Origin: a virus
Lineage: Duplodnaviria > Caudoviricetes
DNA: 40,127 bases
Virus record (IMG/VR): IMGVR_UViG_3300045000_000051
Span: 1 to 40,127 of that record
Direction: 5' to 3' (one strand)
Both the position numbers and the translations under genes were made by a program. The notes under the pieces were generated by a model. The model did no database searches and was not told the DNA's origin. It saw only the letters and a program-made list of their open reading frames with translations. This document shows, in pieces, positions 7,978 to 16,542 of this stretch (within the stretch, counting starts at the first letter, position 1; each line of letters starts with the position of its first letter).

Positions 7978-8234
7978 CGACGCTCGACGACCTCTTCGTT
8001 CCGATCGCGCCCACCATCAGCGACGAGCAGCGGTGCTTCTGCGGCGAGTTGTTGACGATCGAGTACGGCGACTACGGCACCGTCTACGGCGCCGAGTGCC
8101 CGCGCTGCGACGTGCTCGAGCCGTGCCCTGGGTGCGGCGGCGAGCGCGACCATCCGGCGCTCCGCTGGTGCCCGCCCTGCCGCCGCCGCGGCGCGGCCGT
8201 CCTCACCGACGGCCGGATGGCGGTGCGGGTGTGA
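7974..8234 (+). CDS. Small zinc-finger protein
   Basis: CFC, CPRC, CPGC, CPPC; ATGA coupled. Confidence 0.6.
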   Translation: MTTLDDLFVPIAPTISDEQRCFCGELLTIEYGDYGTVYGAECPRCDVLEPCPGCGGERDHPALRWCPPCRRRGAAVLTDGRMAVRV

Positions 8235-8680
8235 TCGGCGTCCACCAGACGATCCTTACGAAGGAGGAGGGCGGCAACTGCTTCGCCGCCTGCCTCGCCT
8301 CGATCCTTGAGGTGCCGCTCGTCGCCGTGCCGAACGCGGCTGTGCTGTGGGCGCAGGGCGAGGTCGACGAAGGCTGGTCACTGATCAACGATTGGCTCGC
8401 GTCGCTCGGCCTTCGCATCGGGTCGTTCGACGGGGATCCGGATGGCTGGCTGCCTCACGGCTACTGGATCGCGATCGTTCCGTCGCTCAAGCTGCCGGGA
8501 GAGACGCACGCCGTCGTCTTTCAGGGGCGCGACTTCGTCTGGGATCCGCGCGCAGACGCTGAGCGCGCGCGGACGCTCGACGAGGTCATCGCGGTCGATG
8601 CTCTCTTCTGCCTCGACCCGGCGCTGCTGGCCCGAGCGCTGCCGCTCATCCGCGAGAAGGCCGCGGAGATCGCGGCGTGA
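8231..8680 (+). CDS. Papain-fold (C39-like) cysteine peptidase-like protein
   Basis: Q...GNCFAACLASIL, THAVVF and WDP give the Cys-His-Asp order. Confidence 0.55.
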   Translation: MIGVHQTILTKEEGGNCFAACLASILEVPLVAVPNAAVLWAQGEVDEGWSLINDWLASLGLRIGSFDGDPDGWLPHGYWIAIVPSLKLPGETHAVVFQGRDFVWDPRADAERARTLDEVIAVDALFCLDPALLARALPLIREKAAEIAA

Positions 8681-8982
8681 CGGCCCTCGCGTTGATGGTG
8701 CCGGTCGAGGAGGTGCGGGCGGGCGACACGCTCCAACGCCCCTCCGGCACCGAGCACACGGTGCGCAGCGTCGAGCACTACCCGGCGCGGCAGACGGGCG
8801 AGTACCTGCAGCCGGAGTCGTTCATCGTCGTCTACGTCTCGCACGAGGAGACGTCGTTCGAGAACAAGGCGACGGACAAGTCCGGCTTCAACAGCCGGTC
8901 GTCACGCGGCGGCGTGTTGAAGCAGTGGAAGCCGTTGGCCCCTGGTGAGTTCGTCCCGCTCGCCAGACGGGCCGCAGCGTGA
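8677..8982 (+). CDS. Hypothetical protein
   Basis: Coupled ORF; GGAG RBS. Confidence 0.55.
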   Translation: MTALALMVPVEEVRAGDTLQRPSGTEHTVRSVEHYPARQTGEYLQPESFIVVYVSHEETSFENKATDKSGFNSRSSRGGVLKQWKPLAPGEFVPLARRAAA

Positions 8983-10697
8983 ACGGCCTGACCGCGACCG
9001 ACCAGTTCTGCGGGGCGGGCGGCTCGAGCCTCGGCGCCGCGATCGCGGGCGTCGAGCTCCGCCTGGGCCTGAACCACTCGCAGCTCGCGATCGACACGCA
9101 CAACACGAACTTCCCTGACGCCGACCACGACTGCACCGACATCTCGGCGTGCGACCCGCGCCGCTACCCGTCGACCGACATCCTGATCACGTCGCCCGAG
9201 TGCACGAACCACACGCTCGCGAAGGGCGCCCGCCGTAAGCCGGTGCTGGCGCCGTCGCTGCTCGACGAGGCCCCGTTGAACGACGAGCTCGCGGAGCGGT
9301 CGCGGGCAACGATGTGGGACGTCGTCCGGTTCACGGAGTTCCACGCCTACAAGATCGTGATCGCCGAGAACGTCACGGACGCCTTCTGGTGGGGGCCGCG
9401 CGTGCCGGGCTTCAAGATGGGCAACGGCGAGCTCTTCAACGCGTGGCTGAATGCGATGGACGCGCTTGGCTACCGGCACCGCGTGGTGCTGCTCAACAGC
9501 ATGTTTGCGCCGCCGACGCCGCAGTCCCGGGACCGGATGTACGTCGTCTTCTGGCGGAAGGGTCAGCGCGACCCGAATCTCGACTTCGACGTGACGGCGT
9601 GGTGTCCGCGCTGCGAGCGTGTCGTGCAGGCCCGGCAGTCGTGGAAGACACATCTGCTCAAGAAGAGCGCCGGTCGGCCGTGGGGCTCGTACGGCCGGCA
9701 GTATGTCTACGCGTGCCCTGACTGCCAGGCTCAGGCGTGGCCCGGGGCGTATCCGGCGGGCACCGCGATCGACTGGACGCTCGTCGGGCAACGGATCGGC
9801 GACCGTAAGCGCGCGCTGGCGCGGGACACCCGCGGCCGGATCAGCGGCTACCTACAACGCTACGGCGTGCAGGGCGGAACGTTTCGCCTGCTTCACGACG
9901 GCGGCGCGCGGCCGCTGACGATCCCTCTGATCACTCAGACTGGGCGTCAGGACATCGGCCTGCTGATGCCGGTCGCGGCGAACCGCTCGGAGCGCACGAC
10001 GGGCGCGCGTACGCGGACGACGGATCAGCCGATGACGACCAGGACGGAGACGTCCGACCTGGCGCTCGTGGTGCCTCTTCGGCGTCATGCCGCGGCGCTG
10101 GACACGGCCGGCGAGTCGCTTCCGACGGTGTGCGCGAGCGGGAACCACCACGGCCTCGTGGAGCGGCGAACGGCGGCGGTGTTGTCGAACATGGCCGGGA
10201 ACGCTCCGCGCGACGCTGAGACGGAGCCTTCGCACGTGGTTACGACCGGCGGGAAGCTCGCCGTCGTCGAGCCAGGCGCGGGCGCGTTCGTGATGCGCAA
10301 CAACACTGCGCGCGGCGACTCGGGGCAGATGTCGACTCCGATCGTGGAGCCGCTGCGCACCCTGACCGGGGCCGGTCATCAGTCGCTCGTCGTGCCCTAT
10401 CACCGCACCGGGGAGGCGCAGCCGGTCGAGGAGCCGATCGGCACGCTGACGACGCGTGACCGCTTCGCGCTCGTCGACCTCGAGGAGGTCATCGACGACT
10501 GCACCTTCCGGATGCTGCAGCCGCACGAGATCGCCCGGGCGATGGTCATGCACGAGCACGTCGACGGCTCCCCGTACATCGTGCTCGGCAACAAGCGCGA
10601 CCGCGTCGCGCAGTACGGCAACGCCGTCACGCCGCCCGTGATGCGGATGCTCGTCGAGCGGTGCGCCGCCTCGCTCGAGCCTGGCGGTGTCGCATGA
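8979..10697 (+). CDS. C5-cytosine DNA methyltransferase
   Basis: Motif I DQFCGAGG, catalytic SPEC, ENV, QSRDR, C-terminal YGNAVTPP; internal zinc ribbon. Confidence 0.93.
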   Translation: MNGLTATDQFCGAGGSSLGAAIAGVELRLGLNHSQLAIDTHNTNFPDADHDCTDISACDPRRYPSTDILITSPECTNHTLAKGARRKPVLAPSLLDEAPLNDELAERSRATMWDVVRFTEFHAYKIVIAENVTDAFWWGPRVPGFKMGNGELFNAWLNAMDALGYRHRVVLLNSMFAPPTPQSRDRMYVVFWRKGQRDPNLDFDVTAWCPRCERVVQARQSWKTHLLKKSAGRPWGSYGRQYVYACPDCQAQAWPGAYPAGTAIDWTLVGQRIGDRKRALARDTRGRISGYLQRYGVQGGTFRLLHDGGARPLTIPLITQTGRQDIGLLMPVAANRSERTTGARTRTTDQPMTTRTETSDLALVVPLRRHAAALDTAGESLPTVCASGNHHGLVERRTAAVLSNMAGNAPRDAETEPSHVVTTGGKLAVVEPGAGAFVMRNNTARGDSGQMSTPIVEPLRTLTGAGHQSLVVPYHRTGEAQPVEEPIGTLTTRDRFALVDLEEVIDDCTFRMLQPHEIARAMVMHEHVDGSPYIVLGNKRDRVAQYGNAVTPPVMRMLVERCAASLEPGGVA

Positions 10698-11125
10698 CCG
10701 CCCACGACTCGCTGATCGAGTGCCGCAACTGCTTCGTCGCTTGCGGTGGTTGCCCGAAGACCAGGCCTGTTTCCGTTCGCACGCTGAACGACTACGCCGA
10801 CGAGTGCCACGTCGCGAACGCGAAGTGGTGGCAGCGCGAGGACGGCTCGCGGATCGAGCGCAACAAGGGCGAGCTTCTGATGCTGATCGTGTCCGAGGTC
10901 GCGGAGGCGATGGAGGGCGAGCGGAAGGGCTTGATGGACGACAAGCTGCCACATCGCCTGATGGCCGAGGTCGAGCTTGCCGACGCGCTGATCCGCATCT
11001 TCGACTACGCCGCGGCGTTCGGCTACGACCTGCAAGGCGCGTTCGTCGAGAAGATGGCCTACAACGCGCGGCGCGAAGATCACACGCACGAGGCCCGCGC
11101 CCTCGCCGAGGGCAAGAAGTGGTAG
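10694..11125 (+). CDS. MazG-like nucleotide pyrophosphohydrolase
   Basis: LMLIVSEVAEAMEG...EVELADALIRIFD...EKMAYNARR gives the ExxE...ExxD all-alpha NTP-PPase pattern. Confidence 0.8.
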   Translation: MTAHDSLIECRNCFVACGGCPKTRPVSVRTLNDYADECHVANAKWWQREDGSRIERNKGELLMLIVSEVAEAMEGERKGLMDDKLPHRLMAEVELADALIRIFDYAAAFGYDLQGAFVEKMAYNARREDHTHEARALAEGKKW

Positions 11126-12138
11126 ATCGCGGCACGCCCACCGAGCTCCGCGACTCGCCCGTCACGATCGCCAACGGCCGCGCCTCGGTCACGTTCGACC
11201 GGTACGACCTCGACGCCTACCGGCTCTTCCTCCGCGCGAAACAGCTGCCGGAGAAGGAGATCGCCTACGACTGGGCGACGGACAGCTACACGCTGACCAC
11301 GAGCGCACGGTTCGCCGGGTTCCTGCAGGACGGCGCCGTGGTCACGGCCGGGACCGACGTCGCGCTCGCTGAGCATCTCTTCGACTATCAGGCGTTCATC
11401 GTCCGGCAGGCCCTCGACGCCCGCCGCTACGCGATCTGGGCGGACACCGGTTTGGGGAAGACGGCGATGCTGCTGGAGTGGGCGCGGCAGGTGCGCGACC
11501 TCACCGGCGGCCGCGTGCTGATCCTGGCGCCGACGCATGAGCTGATCGACCAGCACCGCGACGAGTGGGAGCGCTTCTACCCGGGCGAGGTGTCGATCCC
11601 GAAGAACCCGCAGGTGATCGCGCAACGGCAGAAGCTGCACTCGCTGCTGTTCATCACCGGCCGGCGGAACGCCCGCGACCTCGCCCCCGCCGTCAACGAC
11701 TTCCTCCTGATCTTCCAGAAGCCCGGCGAGGCCGAACCCGTGAAGGCGCTCCGCCATGAGGAGAACCCCGCCGGCTGGGTCACGGGTGACGAGTGGATCA
11801 GGTGGGCGCGCGGCACCTGGGACGACATCCGCGAAACCGACGTCCTCGAAGGCTGGAAAGACGTCCGCGACACCGACGACGAAAAGCACGTCTGCCCGCT
11901 CCAGCTCGAGGTGATCCGCCGCTGCGTAAAGCTCTACTCCAGCCCCGGCGACCTCGTCCTCGACCCGTTCATGGGGATCGGCTCCACCGCCTACGTCGCG
12001 CTCGAGCAGGGCCGTCAGGCGGTCGGGTTCGAGCTGAAGGAGTCGTACCACCGGCAGGCCGTGAAGAACGCCGCGCTCGCGCTCGAGCGCGACCCCGAAG
12101 GGCAGACATCGTTGCTTGACCTGCCGGAGGCGGTCTGA
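11119..12138 (+). pseudogene. In-frame chimera: N-terminal SF2 helicase fragment fused to the C-terminal half of a beta-class N6/N4 DNA methyltransferase
   Basis: LFDYQ, DTGLGKT and VLILAP are present but DExx and later helicase motifs are absent; KHVCPLQL and VLDPFMGIGST are present but the catalytic (D/S)PP(Y/F) is absent. Confidence 0.7.
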
Positions 12139-12350
12139 TGGCCGAGAAGTCCTACCGGGGTCTGGTGATCGTGCTCCGCTGCGGGTGTCGGCTCTTTCCG
12201 GCCGACGACTCGCACGTGTCGCTCGCGCTGCGCGCGTTCATGGCTGGCGCCGTCGCCCAACCGCCGGTCGAGCACGCGCGTTGCTTCGTCCACGGCCGCC
12301 AGAGGATGGCCGTTGCAGTTGACGTCGCCAAGGGGGCAAGCATCCTGTGA
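12138..12350 (+). CDS. Small hypothetical protein
   Basis: GGAGG RBS; TGATG coupling; CGC and CFVHG. Confidence 0.55.
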   Translation: MAEKSYRGLVIVLRCGCRLFPADDSHVSLALRAFMAGAVAQPPVEHARCFVHGRQRMAVAVDVAKGASIL

Positions 12351-12790
12351 GCGCCCGCTGCGACTACTGCGGCGCGGTAGCGGTCACGAACGGCGGCGGT
12401 GCCCTCGTCCTTCGCCACGGCGAAGGCTGCGCAGACGCCGCGGTCGTCAAGCTCGCGTCGGCGGTCCGGTCTCACCGCTACCGGTACGCGAACGAAGACG
12501 AGCTGCAGCAGGGTTTGGCCGACGCGCTCACCGATGCTGGCTGGGAGGTGGAGCGCGAGGTGCGGCTCGACCGGTTCAGCCGCATCGACCTCCTGATCGG
12601 AAGGATCGGGATCGAGGTCAAGGTGGCCAGCACGGCGGCGGAGGTTGAGCGGCAGGTTCGCCGCTACCTCGAGACACGCCTTCTCGACGGGATCGTCGTC
12701 GTCACCAGCCGAGTCCGGCACCTCGGTCTTCCGGCGAACATTGACGGCCGCCCGGTCGAAGTCGTCACCCTCGCGGGCGGCGGACTGTGA
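12347..12790 (+). CDS. PD-(D/E)XK nuclease-like protein
   Basis: EDELQ...VEREV...RIDLL...IGIEVKV...QVRRYL. Confidence 0.72.
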   Translation: MSARCDYCGAVAVTNGGGALVLRHGEGCADAAVVKLASAVRSHRYRYANEDELQQGLADALTDAGWEVEREVRLDRFSRIDLLIGRIGIEVKVASTAAEVERQVRRYLETRLLDGIVVVTSRVRHLGLPANIDGRPVEVVTLAGGGL

Positions 12791-12936
12791 GGCTGCGTGT
12801 CCTCGCGCTGTGCCGGACGTACATCGACGCGGCGGAGAAGGCTGCGGCGCTCGCCGACCGGAAGCGTCACCGCCGATTCACCGTGCGGAAGTCGCGCCGC
12901 GGCTGGCAGGTCTTGGAGGTGCGGCGTGGCCGGTAG
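12787..12936 (+). CDS. Small basic hypothetical protein (49 aa)
   Basis: Manual ORF MRLRVLALCRTYIDAAEKAAALADRKRHRRFTVRKSRRGWQVLEVRRGR filling the gap. Confidence 0.4.
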   Translation: MRLRVLALCRTYIDAAEKAAALADRKRHRRFTVRKSRRGWQVLEVRRGR

Positions 12937-14683
12937 GACGAAGACGCACGGAGAGCTTCGCCATGTCCGCCGTCATGTCTACGACGAGCTCCGCCAGGTG
13001 TGGGTCGCCGGCTGGGTGCTGGAGGCGCGGGCGGATGTGATCACGAAGGTGAAGCGGCTGTTCCCGAAGGCGCAGGCGAACCGCCGCGGCTTCGTGACGC
13101 TGACCGACACGCCGGAGCTTGCACGCGACCTCGAATGGATCCTCCAACGGTGGCCGCTCGACCTGAAACCGGCCGACCGGAAGCACCTGAAGGCCCGCGC
13201 TGACCAGCATCGTGAGCGGGAGCAGCTCGTCCACGACATCCTGACCGGCGCCCAGCCGCACGTCGGTTTGGCCGGGTGGCAGGATCCGATCCGGACGCCG
13301 CGCGAGTACCAGCTGACCGCCGCCGACCTCGCCCTCGCCACAGGGCAGCTGCTGATCGCGGACGACCTCGGCCTCGGCAAAACCATGACCGGCCTGCTCG
13401 TCCTGCGGAACCCGGACGCGCTCCCCGCGCTTGTCGTCTGCCCGACGCATCTGCCGAGGCAGTGGGAGCAGGAGATCGCGAAGACCCTCCCGATGCTGAG
13501 GACGCATGTCGTCCGGTCGCTGTCGCCCTATGACCCGGCGAAGCGTCGGGAGATGCGCGGCCACGACCCCGACGTGCTGATCATGGGGTACGCGAAGCTG
13601 CGCGGCTGGGGCAACCATCTGGCGGGCCGGATCCGGACCGTGATCTTCGATGAGGCGCAGGAGCTGCGCCGCACCGACTCCGACAAGTACCTGGCCGCCG
13701 CCCAGATCGCCGACGGCGCCGGCTACCGCGTCGGCCTGACCGCCACCCCCGTCTACAACTACGGCGGCGAGATTCACAACGTCATGTCGGTGCTCTGCCC
13801 GGACGCGCTCGGCTCCCGGGAAGAGTTCGCCCGCGAGTGGTGCAACGGCTTGTGGTCGGACAAGGTCGCCGTTGACGACCCCGCTGGGTTGAGCGTCTAC
13901 CTGCGCGACCAGGGCCTGATGATCCGCCGGACCGTGAAGGACGTCGGCCGCGAGTTGCCGCACGGTGAGGCGGTCAAGATTCCGCACTCGATCGAGAGCG
14001 ACGGCGACGTCTTCGAGCGGCTCGCCGCCGATGCGATCGACCTGGCCCAGATGATCGTTGCGCGCTCCGCCACCAAGCAGGAGCTGTGGCAGGCCCGCGG
14101 CGAGTTCGACTGGAAGCTCCGCCAGGCCACCGGCATCGCGAAGGCACCCTACGTCGCGGAGTTCGTGAAGCTGCTGCTCGACAGCGAACAGAAGGTGATC
14201 CTGTTCGGCTGGCATCGCGCCGTCTACGACATCTGGGCCGACCGGCTGCAGGAGCACGACCCGGTCTTCTACACGGGCGAAGAGTCGCCGGCGCAGAAGC
14301 AGCGCGCGAAGGAGAGGTTCCTCACCGACGACGACTGCCGGATCTTCGTCATGTCGCTCCGCTCCGGCGCTGGCCTCGACGGGCTGCAGCACAACTGCCG
14401 CGTCGGTGTGTTCGGCGAGCTCGACTGGTCACCAGCGATGCACGACCAGTGCATCGGCCGCTACGCCCGCGACGGCCAACTCGAGGAGGCCCTCGCCTAC
14501 TTCCTCGTGAGCGACCACGGCGCCGACCCGGCGATGGCCGAGGTGCTCGAGGCGAAGCGGCAGCAGCAGGATCCGCTCCTCGACCCGGACGCACCGCTGT
14601 TCCAGCAGGCGCCTGATGTCGGCGACCGGGTCGCGTTGCTGGCGGAGCAGATCCTTGCGAAACGCGGAAGGAGGGCTGCGTGA
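12926..14683 (+). CDS. SNF2-family (SF2) helicase
   Basis: REYQ, IADDLGLGKT, LVVCP, IFDEAQ, GLTATP, GAGLDGLQ, DWSP...QCIGR; GTG start after GGAGG. Confidence 0.92.
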   Translation: MAGRTKTHGELRHVRRHVYDELRQVWVAGWVLEARADVITKVKRLFPKAQANRRGFVTLTDTPELARDLEWILQRWPLDLKPADRKHLKARADQHREREQLVHDILTGAQPHVGLAGWQDPIRTPREYQLTAADLALATGQLLIADDLGLGKTMTGLLVLRNPDALPALVVCPTHLPRQWEQEIAKTLPMLRTHVVRSLSPYDPAKRREMRGHDPDVLIMGYAKLRGWGNHLAGRIRTVIFDEAQELRRTDSDKYLAAAQIADGAGYRVGLTATPVYNYGGEIHNVMSVLCPDALGSREEFAREWCNGLWSDKVAVDDPAGLSVYLRDQGLMIRRTVKDVGRELPHGEAVKIPHSIESDGDVFERLAADAIDLAQMIVARSATKQELWQARGEFDWKLRQATGIAKAPYVAEFVKLLLDSEQKVILFGWHRAVYDIWADRLQEHDPVFYTGEESPAQKQRAKERFLTDDDCRIFVMSLRSGAGLDGLQHNCRVGVFGELDWSPAMHDQCIGRYARDGQLEEALAYFLVSDHGADPAMAEVLEAKRQQQDPLLDPDAPLFQQAPDVGDRVALLAEQILAKRGRRAA

Positions 14684-15048
14684 TCGGCCGTGTCTACCTC
14701 GAGCGCGGCGCGCCCGTCGTCGTCCTTGTCCGCTGGGGCAGCGGTGGCGGCCCTCGCAACGTGCTCGTTCAGCGCTCTGACGGAAGCTGCGTCGTCCGGC
14801 CGTTCCGTGGGCTACGTCGGTTCGACGACGAGCGTGACCGGCTCCCCGTAGGGCGCACCCTCGGTCTCTCGACGCTCGATCACCCGGTAGCTCTCGCTGG
14901 GCGAGAAGAGCACGGTCGCGCCGGGCTCGAACCGCACCTGGGGAAGGAAGGACGCGTCACGGACGGGGGCGCCGTCACGGTCGATCAGATGGTGCTTCGT
15001 TCCGGCGGCCATGCGAGGGAGTCTAAGCACGAAAGGCGGGTTAGATGA
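14680..15048 (+). CDS. Hypothetical protein (the N-terminal ~47 aa look genuine; the tail overlaps an antisense ORF)
   Basis: Coupled start; GRVYLERG...GPRNVLVQRSDGSCVVRPFRGLRR. Confidence 0.5.
   Translation: MIGRVYLERGAPVVVLVRWGSGGGPRNVLVQRSDGSCVVRPFRGLRRFDDERDRLPVGRTLGLSTLDHPVALAGREEHGRAGLEPHLGKEGRVTDGGAVTVDQMVLRSGGHARESKHERRVR
14812..15012 (-). CDS. Small counter-oriented hypothetical protein (66 aa), possibly leaderless
   Basis: MAAGTKHHLIDRDGAPVRDASFLPQVRFEPGATVLFSPSESYRVIERRETEGAPYGEPVTLVVEPT; TAGACT (minus, 15025-15020) lies 7 nt before the ATG. Confidence 0.5.
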   Translation of the reverse strand: MAAGTKHHLIDRDGAPVRDASFLPQVRFEPGATVLFSPSESYRVIERRETEGAPYGEPVTLVVEPT

Positions 15049-15545
15049 CGGTGAGACCGCGGTTGGTACCCGTGTCCGCGGACACGACGTACTACGCAGC
15101 GCTACAGGCGCAGATCGATGCGCACCTCGACGCTCTGCACACGATTTTGGAGAGCAACCGGTCGAGGATCGCGGCCGACCTGCTCGTCGTCCGCGGCCTC
15201 GCCGCATCGGTCAGGACGATGCTCGAGCGCGTCGACTGGCAGGTCGTCCGCCACGAAACGATCCTGGCGGCCCTCGACGAGCTGCTCGACCCCGACGCTC
15301 CCGAGGCCCCTGTCGCAGGCTTGCGCGGCCGAGCGATCAGCGAGGCCGCGATCGTTGTGCTTCGCACTGCGGGCGTCGACGGACCGATCAAGTACCGCGA
15401 ATGGTTCCGGCTGTTCGAGCAGGCCGGGCAGCGTGTCTCCGGGCGTGACCCGCTCGCCTCGTTCCTCACTGCGATCAACCGCCACCCGCACGTGGAGCAG
15501 GTCGGCGAACGCTCCGGCCTCTACCGTCTTCTGGAGGACGCGTGA
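15045..15545 (+). CDS. Coiled-coil plus winged-helix DNA-binding protein
   Basis: C-terminal GPIKYREWF...GRDPLASFLTAINRHP...GLYRL resembles a wHTH. Confidence 0.6.
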   Translation: MTVRPRLVPVSADTTYYAALQAQIDAHLDALHTILESNRSRIAADLLVVRGLAASVRTMLERVDWQVVRHETILAALDELLDPDAPEAPVAGLRGRAISEAAIVVLRTAGVDGPIKYREWFRLFEQAGQRVSGRDPLASFLTAINRHPHVEQVGERSGLYRLLEDA

Positions 15546-16318
15546 GCGCGCGCGAGGCACGCCCGGCGGTCAAGCCCGACCGGCCTGAGTCCGACTTCGA
15601 GCGGCAGATGCGCGAGGCCCGGGACGCGCAGCCGATGATCTCCCGCTGTGCTGTTGCTGGCTGCGGCTTTCATGTCGCGGGCACGGCGGGCGAGTGCCGG
15701 GAGGCTGCGCTCGCGCATCGCCGCACCGAGCATCCGCGGCTGCGACGCAACGGCATCAACCCGAAGCCGAAGGCCAAGCCGGCGCATGAGCAGACGGCGA
15801 AGGATCGCAGGATCCTGGCTGACCTTGCGGAGCGTCGCCGCGGTGGACGGATCACGGCGGAGCGGCTCGCGGCGGCGCGCGCCCGCTACGCGTTGGGCGA
15901 GTCGCAGATGGCGATCGCAAGGCTGGTGTTCGCGGAGTGGGGCTACAAAACGGTGGCGGCGTGTCAGGCTGCGATCAGCCGGGAGTTCCGCCGCGTCGGG
16001 GTCGCTCCTCGGGCCGGCCGTCCGCCGGTGGGCACGCCGCGGCGGCGGCGGACGTTGTACGGCCAGCGGCTCACCCCGCCCAGGCTCGACGCTTGCGGTC
16101 GGCTCCTGGACGCGGGCTTCAGCGCGGACGCGATCGCGAAGCTGGCGTGGGAGCTGTTCAGCTACGCGGACAGTAAGTCGGCGGCGGTCGCGATCCGCAG
16201 GTCGCTCGCCGCGCGCGGGGTTGCTGTGAACCGGGGCCGTCGCAAACCGTCGCTGACCGATCGGCAGGCGCGGCAGATCCTGGCCGACGCCGACCCGGGC
16301 TTGCAGGCGGCGGCGTGA
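15542..16318 (+). CDS. Basic DNA-binding protein with zinc finger and duplicated helical repeat
   Basis: CAVAGC...HRRTEH; repeats GESQMAIARLVFAEWGYKT and GFSADAIAKLAWELFSYAD. Confidence 0.6.
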   Translation: MSAREARPAVKPDRPESDFERQMREARDAQPMISRCAVAGCGFHVAGTAGECREAALAHRRTEHPRLRRNGINPKPKAKPAHEQTAKDRRILADLAERRRGGRITAERLAAARARYALGESQMAIARLVFAEWGYKTVAACQAAISREFRRVGVAPRAGRPPVGTPRRRRTLYGQRLTPPRLDACGRLLDAGFSADAIAKLAWELFSYADSKSAAVAIRRSLAARGVAVNRGRRKPSLTDRQARQILADADPGLQAAA

Positions 16319-16461
16319 AGCACGGCACCTGGTACCTCGGCCGCTACGACTGCCCGATCTGCCGGAAGCGGATCCTCGCCCGGCCGGGCGCGGCCGTCAG
16401 CAGGGCGCAGCGGCTGCGCGACCACATCCGTGGAGCCCACGGAATCAGGGTCGCCCACTGA
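16315..16461 (+). CDS. Small C2H2 zinc-finger protein (48 aa)
   Basis: Manual ORF MKHGTWYLGRYDCPICRKRI...LRDHIRGAHGIRVAH; GTGA coupled. Confidence 0.55.
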   Translation: MKHGTWYLGRYDCPICRKRILARPGAAVSRAQRLRDHIRGAHGIRVAH

Positions 16462-16542
16462 TGCTCGAGCCTCGCCCGCCGCCCGGGCTGACGCTGCGTC
16501 CCGCTTCCTGATCCCCCCGTCGTTCCGAGGAGACGTTCCCGC

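Noticed and set aside
10687-11118. N-terminal extension of the helicase/MTase ORF
   Set aside because: Arg-rich off-frame reading over the MazG-like gene
12878-14392. 504-aa minus-strand ORF
   Set aside because: Antisense shadow of the SNF2 helicase caused by GC3 bias; no motifs
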